A stretch of DNA of 62,855 nucleotides from Trueperaceae bacterium (GTDB lineage: Bacteria; Deinococcota; Deinococci; Deinococcales; Trueperaceae), in the NCBI GenBank assembly GCA_041676665.1, contig JBAYRM010000001.1, positions 1 through 62,855 on the forward strand, written 5' to 3'. Under the pieces are notes generated by a model. It searched no databases and was not told where the DNA came from. It worked only from the letters and a program-made list of their open reading frames with translations. Positions 10,535 through 20,002 of the stretch are shown one piece after another. The translations under genes were made by a program, and so were the position numbers. Numbering within the stretch: the first letter of the stretch is position 1; the number at the start of each line of letters is the position of its first letter.

Positions 10535-12394
10535 ATGAAGAGAGTCGTTAAGTCCCTGCAGGACGCCGTAGAGAAGGCCGTAACCGGCCTGGGAGTGGCG
10601 CAGCCACAGGTGCTTATCCAGGAGGTGCCCGAAGGTAAACCGGGCGACTTCGGCACGCCGGTCGCGTTCACGCTTGCGAAGGCTCTGCGCCAGCCGCCAG
10701 CTCAGATAGCCGAGCGCCTGGTAGCCGCGCTGGAGCTTCCCGAAGGTGTGCGCAGCGCGGAGGCGGTTGGTCCCTACATCAACTTCGTAGTGAACGCCGA
10801 GGCGTTCGTGCGGCAGGTCGCCCAAAGCCCGGCCCGCCCCGAAGCCGAGCGCCTGAAGGTGGTGGTGGAGCACACCAGCGTGAACCCCAACAAGGAAGCG
10901 CACGTGGGCCACCTGCGCAACATCGTGCTGGGCGACGCCACCGCCCGCCTACTGAACGCCGTAGGGCACGACGTTGAGGTACAGAACTACATCGACGACA
11001 CGGGTCGGCAGGCCGCCGAGAGCCTCTTCGCGGTGACCTACTTCCAGGCGCGCTACGACGCCAGCGCCGGCGCGCGCAAGTACGACCACTGGCTGGGCGA
11101 GCTGTACGTGAGGCTCGGACAGGCTAAGGAGACCGACGGCGAGGCTATCGAGCGCGGCGTCACGCAGATCATGCACCGCCTGGAGCGCGGTGAGCTGCGC
11201 GGCGAGGTCGAGCGCGTGCTGCGCGCCCAGCTCGAGACCTACCACTCGCTCGGAGTCGAGTACGACCTGCTGGTGTGGGAGTCCGACATCGTGAACGGCG
11301 GCCTGCTGCATAAGGGCCTCGAGGTCATGGAGTCCAGCCCCTACGTCTCTAAGCCCACCGAAGGAAAGTTCGCCGGCGCCACGGTCATGGACGTCTCCGA
11401 GTTCCTGCCTGGGCTGGAGGAGCCGCTCGTGGTGCTGGTGCGCTCGGGCGGCGCCGCCATGTACGTGACCAAGGACATCGGTTACCAGTTCTGGAAGGTC
11501 GGCATCTTCGAAGGCCTGAGCTTCGAGCGCTTCTCACAGCAGCCCAGCGGCAAGCCGCTGTACACCTCCAGCCCGCAAGGCGAGCTCAGGCCCGACGGCC
11601 GCACCTTCGCGCACGGCGAGGAGATCATCAACGTGATCGACGTGCGCCAGAGCCACCCGCAGACCATCGTCCGCACCGCGCTGGCGCTGTCGGACACGCC
11701 GGAGGGCAAGGCGGCGTACGAGAACAGCCACCACCTCGCCTACGAGGTCGTGACCCTGGAGGGGCAGGCCATGAGCGGCCGCAAGGGCATCACGCTCTCG
11801 ATCGACGAGGTGACAGAGGAGGCCGTGCGCCGCGCCCGCGCCGTGGTGGAGGAGAAGAACCCCGACCTTGCTGCCATAGACACCGTGGCGCGGCAGGTGG
11901 GGGTGGGCGCGCTGCGGTTCGGCATGCTCAAGAACGAGGCCCGCAAGGTAATCGACTTCCGCTGGGAGCAGGCGCTCTCACTGGCCGGCGACAGCGCACC
12001 TTACGTGCAGTACGCCCACGCCCGCGCCTGCAGCATCCTTAGGGCGGCCCGCGCCGAGGGCATCGACCTGGACGCGGCCCGGGCGGGCGCCGACTTCGCT
12101 GAGTTAGGCGAGCTGGAAGTGCGCCTGGCGCGCGCCGTTGGCCGCTTCGCGACGGTCGTAGAGGGCGCAGCGGCTGACCTGGCCCCCCACCAGGTAGCGC
12201 AGTACGCGCTGGACCTAGCCACCGCCTGGAACGGTTACTACAACCACAAGGGGGCGGACGGCCGGCCCGACACGCAAGTCCTGCGCTCTAAGGCGGGCCT
12301 GCGCGAGGCGCGCCTGCTGCTGGTAGACAGCGTGCGCCGCACCCTGGCCGACACGCTTGGCCTGCTCGGCATCGGTGCACCTGAAGAGATGTAG
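10535..12394 (+). CDS. argS: arginine--tRNA ligase
   Basis: Start moved to ATG 10535 (MKRVVKSLQDAVEKA...), which matches the recalled Thermus ArgRS N-terminal architecture (PGDFGTPVAF, GPYINF). HIGH-type motif HVGHLRN. DALR-type anticodon-binding C-terminus. Confidence 0.93.
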   Translation: MKRVVKSLQDAVEKAVTGLGVAQPQVLIQEVPEGKPGDFGTPVAFTLAKALRQPPAQIAERLVAALELPEGVRSAEAVGPYINFVVNAEAFVRQVAQSPARPEAERLKVVVEHTSVNPNKEAHVGHLRNIVLGDATARLLNAVGHDVEVQNYIDDTGRQAAESLFAVTYFQARYDASAGARKYDHWLGELYVRLGQAKETDGEAIERGVTQIMHRLERGELRGEVERVLRAQLETYHSLGVEYDLLVWESDIVNGGLLHKGLEVMESSPYVSKPTEGKFAGATVMDVSEFLPGLEEPLVVLVRSGGAAMYVTKDIGYQFWKVGIFEGLSFERFSQQPSGKPLYTSSPQGELRPDGRTFAHGEEIINVIDVRQSHPQTIVRTALALSDTPEGKAAYENSHHLAYEVVTLEGQAMSGRKGITLSIDEVTEEAVRRARAVVEEKNPDLAAIDTVARQVGVGALRFGMLKNEARKVIDFRWEQALSLAGDSAPYVQYAHARACSILRAARAEGIDLDAARAGADFAELGELEVRLARAVGRFATVVEGAAADLAPHQVAQYALDLATAWNGYYNHKGADGRPDTQVLRSKAGLREARLLLVDSVRRTLADTLGLLGIGAPEEM

Positions 12395-12494
12395 CCGCCC
12401 CCACCGTTTGGCGCAAGCACCAGCGTCGGGCGAACGTACGAGTGCCCCGAAGGCGCCGCCGCTGTCTGCTACTTTGCAGCCAGGAGGTGTGCGA

Positions 12495-12695
12495 ATGGCG
12501 ATCGTTAAGGTAATCGAGCTGATGGCGCAATCGGAAAAGGGCTGGGAGGACGCGACCCAGGTGGCCCTGAAAGAGGCCGCCCGCACCGTCCGCAAAATCA
12601 AGTCGATCTACGTCAAGGAGTTCAAGGCCATCGTCGAGAACGACGAGATCACCAACTACAGGGTGAACGTGAAGGTGTCGTTCGAGGTCAGCTAG
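12495..12695 (+). CDS. dodecin family protein
   Basis: 66 aa, MAIVKVIELMAQSEKGWEDATQVALKEAARTVRKIKSIYVKEF...YRVNVKVSFEV, the dodecin pattern. AGGAGG lies 6 nt upstream. The longer ORF-track start at 12357 is rejected. Confidence 0.8.
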   Translation: MAIVKVIELMAQSEKGWEDATQVALKEAARTVRKIKSIYVKEFKAIVENDEITNYRVNVKVSFEVS

Positions 12696-14895
12696 GCGCC
12701 TCGCCTTGCGGGCCGAACAGCGTAGCTACGGTGGTGGCCAGGCCCGCATCGTCGAGGTGCCTGTAAGCGTGCACGAAGGTGCGCAGCCGGTAGCGCCGCA
12801 CCAGGCCATCTAGGAAGCTCGCCGACTCGTACGGCGATAACCTCGTTCCGCTCGCTAACCTGACGGCGTTGCCGCGCTCGTCCAGGAGCCCGAGTTCGTT
12901 AAGCGCGGCCATAAGGTGCTCGCACTTGGCGGGAGCGTAGGGCAGGGCGTGCCCCCGCCTGATGGCCTGCAGGCCGCGGCGCAACTCCGACACCGTTGGC
13001 AGCTGTAAGGCCTCGGCCTCGATGGCGGCCACAGCCCGGGCGGGCAGGTCCAGGGTCACGGGCGGTCCGGCTGTAAGGCTCTCCAGCGCCGCGACGCTGT
13101 CGCCGGGCGGCAGCTCGCGCAGCACGGCGCCTCGCGCCAGCGGGTCGCCGTGGCGCCTGACCACTGGCTCGGCCGCTGGTCCGGCGGCTGTTCCGACTGC
13201 GGGCTCCACCGCCGCCACGCTGAGCAGCGCCAACGGCTCCGCCGAGCGCACCGCCTCGGCCACGAACTCGAGGCTCTTCGTGCCCTGCCACTCGGACTCG
13301 TTCAACGTGACGGCGGCGTTGACCGTGCTGCCCGGCGCCAGCTCGGCCGCCAACTGCCCCTTACGCCACGCCACGCCCTTGACGCCGTTTATCCGCAGTT
13401 GCAGCGTGTTACCGCCCTGCCCCACGGCGCGTGCACCGTCGAGGCGGTCGGTGAGGGCGAACAGCGGCGCCGGATGCCCCTCCCCGTAAGGCTCCAGGTC
13501 CGTGATGGCGCGCCACAGGCCGTCGTTAAGCTCGTCAGCGGTGACGACAGCGTCGGCGATCACCGTGGGCGTGGGCCGCGGGTAGCGCGAAACGTAATCG
13601 TAGATGGCCGAGCGGAAGGCGCCGAAGGCGCTCATGTCGAGGGCGAAGCCCGCCGCCTGCTGGTGCCCGCCGTAACGCTGCAGGTGAGCAGCGGCTGCGC
13701 GCAGGCCGCCCACTGCGGAGATACCGGGGGTGGAGCGCACCGAACCCTTGCCGTCGGCCGCGATGTAAACGGGCAGGTAGAACGTCTCGAGCAGTTTGCT
13801 GGCGACGATGCCCATGACGCCGGGGTGCCAGCCCGGGTCCTCCAGCACCAGAGCGGGGGCCTCCGGGTCGGCCTTGCCGAGCGCCTCGCTGAACATGGCG
13901 TCCTGGATCTGGCGCCTCTCCGCGTTGCGGGCGTCTAGGTACACGGCGAGCTCGCTCGCGCGCCGCTCCGACAGGGTGGTCAGCAGCTCGAGGCCGAGGT
14001 CCGCCTCGCCGAGCCGCCCAGCCGCGTTGAGGCGCGGCGCCAGCACGAAGGCGACCTGACGCGCCGTGACCTCGTTACCGAGCCGCGCCTGGTTCACGCT
14101 GGCGCGTACGCCGGGCCAGCGCGAACCAGCCAGCCGCCTCAGGCCCTCGCGGATCAAGGCGCGGTTCTCGCCCAGAAGCGGCGCCACGTCGGCGATCGTT
14201 CCCAGCGTTGCCAGGTCCGCGTAGTCAAGGGGCGCGGCTTCGCCCAGGTGCTCACGCAGCGCCCACAGCAGGTGGAACGCAACGCCAGCACCGGTGAGTT
14301 CCGGCAGGCCGCGCTGCGCCAGGGGGGAGAGGCCCGGGTGCACCACCAGGCAGTCCGGCAGCTCGTCGCCCGGCGTGTGATGGTCGGTCACGATGACCTC
14401 CACGCCCAAGCGCTGAAGTTCGGCTACCTCGCTCAGGTTGCTGATGCCGCAGTCCACGGTCACGAACAGATCGGCGCGTTCGGCATGTTCGGGTACGCGC
14501 TGCGGGTTAACACCGTAGCCGTCGGTCAACCGGTTGGGTACGAAGGCCGCCACGTCGGCGCCGAGCTCGCGCAGCCCCAGCACCAGGATGGCCGTGCCGC
14601 TGATACCGTCGGCGTCGTAATCGCCGTGGATGAGGACGCGCTTGCGCTCGCGGATAGCCAGCGCCAGGCGCTCCGCGGCCTGCTTGAGGGCAGGGTTGGG
14701 ACTAAGCACGAGCGGCGGCGTGAGGTGGTCCGGCGCCGCGTCGTGCAGCCCCCGCGACCAGAGCAGCGCCGCTAGCGCTGGCGGCACCTGCAGCGAGCGG
14801 GCCAAGGCCGCCACGGCGGCGGGTGGCGCAGGCGGCCGCACCGTCCAGCGCAGCGCGGGCGGCGCGGACACCGTGGCGGGAACTCGTGAGCTCAT
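12688..14895 (-). CDS. recJ: single-stranded-DNA-specific exonuclease RecJ
   Basis: 735 aa. DHH family motifs HGDYDADGISG, TVDCG, VTDHH. DHHA1 block GGHQQAAG. Confidence 0.93.
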   Translation of the reverse strand: MSSRVPATVSAPPALRWTVRPPAPPAAVAALARSLQVPPALAALLWSRGLHDAAPDHLTPPLVLSPNPALKQAAERLALAIRERKRVLIHGDYDADGISGTAILVLGLRELGADVAAFVPNRLTDGYGVNPQRVPEHAERADLFVTVDCGISNLSEVAELQRLGVEVIVTDHHTPGDELPDCLVVHPGLSPLAQRGLPELTGAGVAFHLLWALREHLGEAAPLDYADLATLGTIADVAPLLGENRALIREGLRRLAGSRWPGVRASVNQARLGNEVTARQVAFVLAPRLNAAGRLGEADLGLELLTTLSERRASELAVYLDARNAERRQIQDAMFSEALGKADPEAPALVLEDPGWHPGVMGIVASKLLETFYLPVYIAADGKGSVRSTPGISAVGGLRAAAAHLQRYGGHQQAAGFALDMSAFGAFRSAIYDYVSRYPRPTPTVIADAVVTADELNDGLWRAITDLEPYGEGHPAPLFALTDRLDGARAVGQGGNTLQLRINGVKGVAWRKGQLAAELAPGSTVNAAVTLNESEWQGTKSLEFVAEAVRSAEPLALLSVAAVEPAVGTAAGPAAEPVVRRHGDPLARGAVLRELPPGDSVAALESLTAGPPVTLDLPARAVAAIEAEALQLPTVSELRRGLQAIRRGHALPYAPAKCEHLMAALNELGLLDERGNAVRLASGTRLSPYESASFLDGLVRRYRLRTFVHAYRHLDDAGLATTVATLFGPQGEAPS

Positions 14896-14956
14896 GATCT
14901 AACCGGTGTAACTGGTGTCGGCGCCAAAGGGCGCGGCCACGAACGCTTGCCTGGCA

Positions 14957-15361
14957 TCAACCAGCTTCGTCCTCGGCCGCGTCGTATGACCCGTCGTACG
15001 TACCACTGGCCGCGGCGTAAGGGTCGTGCTGCGCTGCGCGGTCAGGTATCACCGGGTAGGCGGGGTCCTGGTACGTGACGCCCGCAGCCGGCACGCTCGG
15101 GGCAGGTGTGAGCTCGGCCAGGCGTTTCTCAAGGCGCTTGACCTCGCGCCCCCGGCGCCAGGCCAGAAGCCGCGAGGGCAGCCAGCCGCTAAGGAAACCC
15201 ACGATCAGCGCCAGAACCACGATGTACGAAACGGGTAGGGGCGGGATGAACACGGAGAGCCAAGGCAACCCGACCAGCACCGGGTTGGCAGTGTGGAACA
15301 GGAGCAGGTAGAGGACCAGCAGAACCAGCAGAACGATCCCGACTATCCGTCCGACTTTCAC
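14957..15361 (-). CDS. LapA-domain (DUF1049-like) small membrane protein
   Basis: 134 aa. Two N-terminal TM helices followed by RRGREVKRLEKRLAEL. SD GGAGG upstream of the GTG start. Confidence 0.6.
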   Translation of the reverse strand: MKVGRIVGIVLLVLLVLYLLLFHTANPVLVGLPWLSVFIPPLPVSYIVVLALIVGFLSGWLPSRLLAWRRGREVKRLEKRLAELTPAPSVPAAGVTYQDPAYPVIPDRAAQHDPYAAASGTYDGSYDAAEDEAG

Positions 15362-15465
15362 GACTACCTCCGGGTTGGAGTGTACCGCAGCCCGGCGCCG
15401 CGGCGTCCGCCCCTGCCCTGTGCGCTTGCGCTCGTGAGGTTACAAGTGGGCCGGCGCCGCTGCAC

Positions 15466-15471
15466 TACAAT
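15466..15471 (+). promoter_or_regulatory. -10 hexamer TACAAT, 8 nt upstream of the mnmA GTG
   Basis: Sequence reads TACAAT-cggagttc-GTG. The GGAG lies only 3 nt from the start, too close to act as an SD. Confidence 0.4.
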
Positions 15472-15479
15472 CGGAGTTC

Positions 15480-16613
15480 GTGAGTGACGCAGGAACACAG
15501 GCCAGAGTTGCCACGACCGCTACAGCCCCCGACGCGCAGGCGCCCGTGAAGGTTCTGGCGGCCATGTCGGGTGGCGTCGATTCATCGGTGGCCACCGCAC
15601 TGCTCACGGACCAGGGCTTCGAAGTGGTGGGCAGCATGCTGCGCTTCTGGCCCGACGACCGCCCCACCGGCGCGTTCGACCTGTGCTGCAGCCCCGACGC
15701 GGCTTACGACGCCAGGCGCGTGGCCGACAAGCTCGACGTACCGTTCTACCTGCTGGACTTCCGCGACACGTTCCAACAGATCGTCATAGACCCCTTCGTG
15801 CCGGGCTATACCGCCGGCGAGACGCCCAACCCGTGCGTGTGGTGCAACCGCCACATCAAGTTCGGCGCCTTCGTAGAAAGGGCTCAGGCGCTAGGTTGCG
15901 AGTTCATGGCCAGCGGGCACTTCGTGCGCCGCGTCGACGGTCCGCACGGCCCCGAGCTGCATAGGGGCCGCGACGACGACAAGGACCAGACCTACTTCCT
16001 GTGGGCCCTGCCGCGGCGCATCCTGCCGTACCTGCTGTTCCCGCTGGGCGACATGACCAAGGCCGAGGTGCGCGCCATGGCCGCGGAGCGGGGCCTGCGC
16101 ACCGCCGAGAAGAAGAGCTCGTCCGGGCTGTGCTTCGTGCCCACCACCGTGAAGGACTACCTGGACCAGGCCGCCAAGGCTCAACCCGGCCAGGTCCTCG
16201 ACGCCGCCGACGACTACAGCGTTGCCGGGGAGCACCGAGGCGTCATGTACTACACCATCGGGCAGAAGAAGGGCCTCGGGCTCAAGCGTTCGCACCTGGA
16301 GCGCTACGTCATCGAGCTCAGGGCCGACACCAACGAGGTCGTGGTCGGCACGCGCGACATGTGCCACTGGACCGGCCTCGAGGCGAGCCGCAGCAACTTC
16401 CTGGTAGCCGACGAGCTACTGCCCTCCAGAGTGCAGGCGCAGGTGCGCTACCGGCAGAAGCCCGAAGCTGCCACCCTCACGCTGCTGCCTGACCAGCGCT
16501 TCCGCCTCGACTTCGACGACCCGCAGTTCGCCGTGGCCGTTGGCCAGAGCGCGGTCATCTACGACGACGAGCGGCTGTTGGGCGGCGGGGTAATAGCCAC
16601 GCGCCACGCATGA
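15480..16613 (+). CDS. mnmA: tRNA 2-thiouridine(34) synthase
   Basis: PP-loop AMSGGVDSSV, NPCVWCN, DKDQTYFLW, GLCFV. Confidence 0.95.
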   Translation: MSDAGTQARVATTATAPDAQAPVKVLAAMSGGVDSSVATALLTDQGFEVVGSMLRFWPDDRPTGAFDLCCSPDAAYDARRVADKLDVPFYLLDFRDTFQQIVIDPFVPGYTAGETPNPCVWCNRHIKFGAFVERAQALGCEFMASGHFVRRVDGPHGPELHRGRDDDKDQTYFLWALPRRILPYLLFPLGDMTKAEVRAMAAERGLRTAEKKSSSGLCFVPTTVKDYLDQAAKAQPGQVLDAADDYSVAGEHRGVMYYTIGQKKGLGLKRSHLERYVIELRADTNEVVVGTRDMCHWTGLEASRSNFLVADELLPSRVQAQVRYRQKPEAATLTLLPDQRFRLDFDDPQFAVAVGQSAVIYDDERLLGGGVIATRHA

Positions 16614-16644
16614 CTTTCTCGCTTCTGTAAAGGGCCTCTTGCGC

Positions 16645-16650
16645 TACAAT
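16645..16650 (+). promoter_or_regulatory. -10 hexamer TACAAT upstream of lemA (transcript with leader and SD)
   Basis: TACAAT at 16645-16650, AGGAGG at 16657-16662, GTG at 16670. Confidence 0.35.
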
Positions 16651-16669
16651 CTCGTTAGGAGGTCCAACC

Positions 16670-17245
16670 GTGGGAAGCCTCATCGTCTTAGCCATCCTGG
16701 TCGCGTTGGTTCTGTACGCGGTCTCGATCTACAACCGGATAATCACGTACGAGAAGCGCTACCAGAACGCCTGGAGCCAGATCGACGTGCAACTCAAGCG
16801 GCGCGCCGACCTGGTCCCCAACCTGGTGGAAACCGTCAAGGGTTACGCGGCGCACGAGAGCCAGGTGTTCGAGGAAGTGGCCCGCTCGCGTCAGGCCATG
16901 ATGAACGCGCAGTCCGTCAACGAGTCGGCCGAAGCCGCCAACATGATGTCGGCCGCGCTGGGGCGCCTGTTCGCTATCGCCGAGAACTACCCGCAGCTGA
17001 GGGCCAACGAGAACTTCCTGCTGCTGCAGGAGGAGCTGTCGGGCGTTGAGAACAAGATCGCTTACGCGCGGCAGTTCTACAACGACGCCGTCATGCAGTT
17101 CAACACCCTCATCGAGACCGTGCCGGCCGTCTTCATCGCCGGTCCCATGGGCAAGAAGGCCGCCGTGTTCCTGCAGATCCCCGAGGGCGACCGCGAGGTA
17201 CCGCAGGTCTCGTTCGGCGCCTCCACCGGCGCTTCGGAAGCGTAA
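16670..17245 (+). CDS. LemA family protein
   Basis: 191 aa. N-terminal TM helix, then YNRIITYEKRYQNAWSQIDVQLKRRADLVPNLVETVKGYA, the canonical LemA block. Confidence 0.9.
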   Translation: MGSLIVLAILVALVLYAVSIYNRIITYEKRYQNAWSQIDVQLKRRADLVPNLVETVKGYAAHESQVFEEVARSRQAMMNAQSVNESAEAANMMSAALGRLFAIAENYPQLRANENFLLLQEELSGVENKIAYARQFYNDAVMQFNTLIETVPAVFIAGPMGKKAAVFLQIPEGDREVPQVSFGASTGASEA

Positions 17246-17301
17246 GAGCTGGCTTCTCCGAGCTTGCAGGCAAGCGCGCGTGAACCGCTGAGCCCAACAG
17301 A

Positions 17302-18276
17302 GTGAGTGACCAGAGGCAACGCCTACCTGACCAGTTCACCGAACCTGGTACGGGTAGGCGTATCAACTTGCTTGACTACAAGGCCGCCAACATGCGCGGT
17401 TCGTGGTTCCTGGCGCTCTTCACCATGGCGCTGCTGGTGGCCACCGGTTACCTGCTGGCGCAAGTAACCGACCCGTCAGCCGCGGTGTTCTTCGTGGGCA
17501 TGGGCTTGCTGATAGGCGTGGGTCAGGCCGTGGCCGGCTTCTGGTTCTCCGACAAGATCGCCTTGGCCGCTTCTGGCGCCAGGCCCGCCACCGTGGAAGA
17601 GCACCGCTACCTCGTGAACGTGTCGGAGGCTGTGGCCATCGGCGCGGGCGTGCCCATGCCCAAGGTCTACGTGATCGACTCGCCGGCACCTAACGCGTTC
17701 GCCACCGGCCGCGACCCGCAGCACTCGACCATCGCGGTGACCACGGGCCTGCTGCAACTGCTGGACCGGCAGGAGCTGGAAGGCGTGGTGGCGCACGAGA
17801 TGGCGCACATCCGCAATTACGACATCCGCTTCATGGCGATGCTGGTGGCCACCCTCGGCGCCCTGCTCGTGCTGCGCGACCTGGTGCTGCGCTGGTCGTT
17901 CTTCGGCGGTTTCGGTGGCAGCAGCCGGCGCTCCTCACGCCGTGACTCCAGCGGCGGCAAAGGACAGGGGATCGCCATGATCCTCCTGCTGGTCCTGCTG
18001 GTGCTCGGGCCGATCCTGGGTGCACTGGCCCGCATGGCCGTCAGCCGCAAACGCGAGTACCTGGCCGACGCAGCGGGCGCGTTCATTACGCGCAACCCGG
18101 AAGGCCTGGCGCGCGCCCTGGAGAAACTGGCGAACTACCACGGGCAGCCCCTCGAAGTGAGCGAAGGGGTGCGCAGCCTGTTCTTCGTGAACCCCCAGAT
18201 GAACCTCAACGCCGTGGGCCTCATGGCAACGCACCCACCGATAGACGAGCGCATCAGGCGACTGCGGAGCATGTGA
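17302..18276 (+). CDS. htpX: M48 family zinc metalloprotease (HtpX-like)
   Basis: 324 aa. HEMAHIRNYD zinc motif, multiple TM helices, C-terminal THPPIDERIRRL. The exact start is uncertain. Confidence 0.85.
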   Translation: MSDQRQRLPDQFTEPGTGRRINLLDYKAANMRGSWFLALFTMALLVATGYLLAQVTDPSAAVFFVGMGLLIGVGQAVAGFWFSDKIALAASGARPATVEEHRYLVNVSEAVAIGAGVPMPKVYVIDSPAPNAFATGRDPQHSTIAVTTGLLQLLDRQELEGVVAHEMAHIRNYDIRFMAMLVATLGALLVLRDLVLRWSFFGGFGGSSRRSSRRDSSGGKGQGIAMILLLVLLVLGPILGALARMAVSRKREYLADAAGAFITRNPEGLARALEKLANYHGQPLEVSEGVRSLFFVNPQMNLNAVGLMATHPPIDERIRRLRSM

Positions 18277-18286
18277 CGGCGCCGCT

Positions 18287-18318
18287 GTCCGGTGCCCGTT
18301 GCACGCGGGGCGCCGGAC
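18287..18318. terminator. hairpin between the convergent htpX-like and LuxR-type genes
   Basis: 11-bp stem gtccggtgccc / gggcgccggac with one G-U pair and a roughly 10-nt loop. Confidence 0.45.
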
Positions 18319-18344
18319 CGAGCAGCCGGCGCCCGACAGAACGC

Positions 18345-18884
18345 CTACTCCTTGGGGTGATGAGCCACCAGGGTGGCGATGTACTGCGCCCGCGTGTCTA
18401 GCCCCAGCTTGGTGAGGATGTTCGAAACGTGGGCGTTAACCGTCTTCTGTGTGACCCGCAGGCTTTCGGCCGCCGCCGCCGTGTCGTAACCCGTTACCAG
18501 CAACCTGGTCACGCGCAATTCCATGTAGGTGAGCCCCGACCGCCACTGGTACACCTTCATGGCAGAGGCCGCGGCGTAGATGCCCGTGATCAAGGCGTTG
18601 GCGTCGTGCGCCTCGACCACCGCGCTGACGTGGAAGGCCGCCAGCATGTCTAGGTAGGCAGGATGAGTGGCCTGGGTCACGACCACAGTCCGCGCGCGCT
18701 CGACGCTGTTCATGAGGTCTAACTGGCTGATGGCCCACGTGAGCGGGAAGTCGAGCAGCACGTGAGCGTAGTTGCCGTTGGTCCAGTTATCGGCACTGGT
18801 GTCGACCTTGTCGATGACCGGCTTGACGAGCGTCGTGAAACCGATGTCGGCCGTGAGGATCTTGATGCCAGTATCCGTACTCAT
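18345..18884 (-). CDS. LuxR/GerE-type HTH transcriptional regulator with an atypical receiver-like N-terminal domain
   Basis: 179 aa. C-terminal ELRVTRLLVTGYDTAAAAESLRVTQKTVNAHVSNILTKLG is a GerE HTH. The N-terminal region keeps a VLLDF block but lacks the acidic DD pair. SD AAGGAG upstream. Confidence 0.8.
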   Translation of the reverse strand: MSTDTGIKILTADIGFTTLVKPVIDKVDTSADNWTNGNYAHVLLDFPLTWAISQLDLMNSVERARTVVVTQATHPAYLDMLAAFHVSAVVEAHDANALITGIYAAASAMKVYQWRSGLTYMELRVTRLLVTGYDTAAAAESLRVTQKTVNAHVSNILTKLGLDTRAQYIATLVAHHPKE

Positions 18885-18992
18885 GTCCTGCTCCTTCGCG
18901 GCTGGGTCTCGGAGCCGACGGGCCCCGGGTTACCCCACGTGCCTGGTTGGGGTGTCCCATGTTGCGAGCAGCAAGGTTACGGTTCGGTTGCA

Positions 18993-19023
18993 GCCGGAGC
19001 TCGGTGTCCGCACCGGCTCCGGC
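18993..19023 (-). terminator. strong GC hairpin about 150 nt downstream of the ABC permease operon
   Basis: gccggagc-t-cggtg-tccg-caccg-gctccggc, giving 8+5 bp with a tetraloop. There is no U tract, so the function is uncertain. Confidence 0.3.
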
Positions 19024-19171
19024 GGTAAGAGTACTCGGCCAGGACGCAAGAAGCGCACCTGGCGACTGGGACTGCAGCGGGGCCCAGGACGGGCCGGCAC
19101 AGGCTGGTTCAACGGGTTCAGGTAGGCGCTGATTCAAGCTCGCGGCGAGGCCCGCCGCAGCGGCAGCCGGG

Positions 19172-20002
19172 TCAGCCGCGCGGGTCCCACAGGTCGCGCA
19201 TCGCGTCGCCCAGCAGGCTGAAGCCGAGCACCGTCCACACGATGGCGAGTCCCGGCACCAGGGCCGGCCACGGGCTCATGGCCATGAAGCTCTGGCTCTC
19301 GCGCAGCATGTTGCCCCAGCTGGGAACGTCGGGCGGCGTGCCGAGACCTAAGAAGCTAAGAGCCGCTTCTGCCAGCACCGCGACCGCCAGGCTCAGGCTG
19401 GCCTGCACGATGAGGGGTCCAAGCGCGTTAGGCATCACGTGCCTAAGCAGGATGCGCCCGGAACCCATGCCCAGGGCCCGGCCGGCTTCCACGAACTCGC
19501 GCTCCTTGATGGTGAGCACGCTAGCGCGCACGATCCGCGCGAAAATTGGCACGGTCGCGATACCGATGGCCGACATGGCCGTCAGGGTGCCGGGCTGGAA
19601 CACGGCCGCTAAGAGAAGGGCCATGAGGATGGCGGGGAAGGCGTACGCAACGTCTACGAGGCGCATGATGACCTCGTCTATGAACCCCCCGAGGTAACCG
19701 GCCAGCGCGCCCAGCAGACTGCCGACCGTTAGCGCTATTCCGACGGCGGTGAAGCCCACGTAAAGAGCCGAACGGGCACCCAATAGAACGCGCGCGAGCA
19801 GGTCGCGACCGAAGTGGTCGGTTCCCAGCGGGTGCGCCGCGGTGGGAGCGCTGAGCTGCGCCGCGAAGTTCATGGCCTGCGGATCGTAGGGCAGCCACAC
19901 GAAGCTCAGCAGGGCGGCCAGCACCAGCACGCCTATGAGGAACACGCCCAGGTAGAGGTTCAGGCGACCCAAGGTCAGGCGCCGCAGCGTCACGGCGCTC
20001 AT
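19172..20002 (-). CDS. peptide/nickel ABC transporter permease (DppC/OppC-like)
   Basis: 276 aa, 6 TM helices. EAA-type loop EFVEAGRALGMGSGRILLRHVMPNA. Confidence 0.92.
   Translation of the reverse strand: MSAVTLRRLTLGRLNLYLGVFLIGVLVLAALLSFVWLPYDPQAMNFAAQLSAPTAAHPLGTDHFGRDLLARVLLGARSALYVGFTAVGIALTVGSLLGALAGYLGGFIDEVIMRLVDVAYAFPAILMALLLAAVFQPGTLTAMSAIGIATVPIFARIVRASVLTIKEREFVEAGRALGMGSGRILLRHVMPNALGPLIVQASLSLAVAVLAEAALSFLGLGTPPDVPSWGNMLRESQSFMAMSPWPALVPGLAIVWTVLGFSLLGDAMRDLWDPRG

Noticed and set aside
15440-15445. TTACAA as the -35 element for the mnmA TACAAT box
   Set aside because: The spacing to the -10 hexamer is 20 nt, outside the functional 16-19 nt range. Only the -10 element is reported.
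18930-19132. 60-61-aa ORFs on both strands in the 287-bp gap upstream of the LuxR-type gene
   Set aside because: They are Arg/Pro/Gly-rich, lack an SD, and overlap each other and a strong hairpin. They were treated as non-coding.
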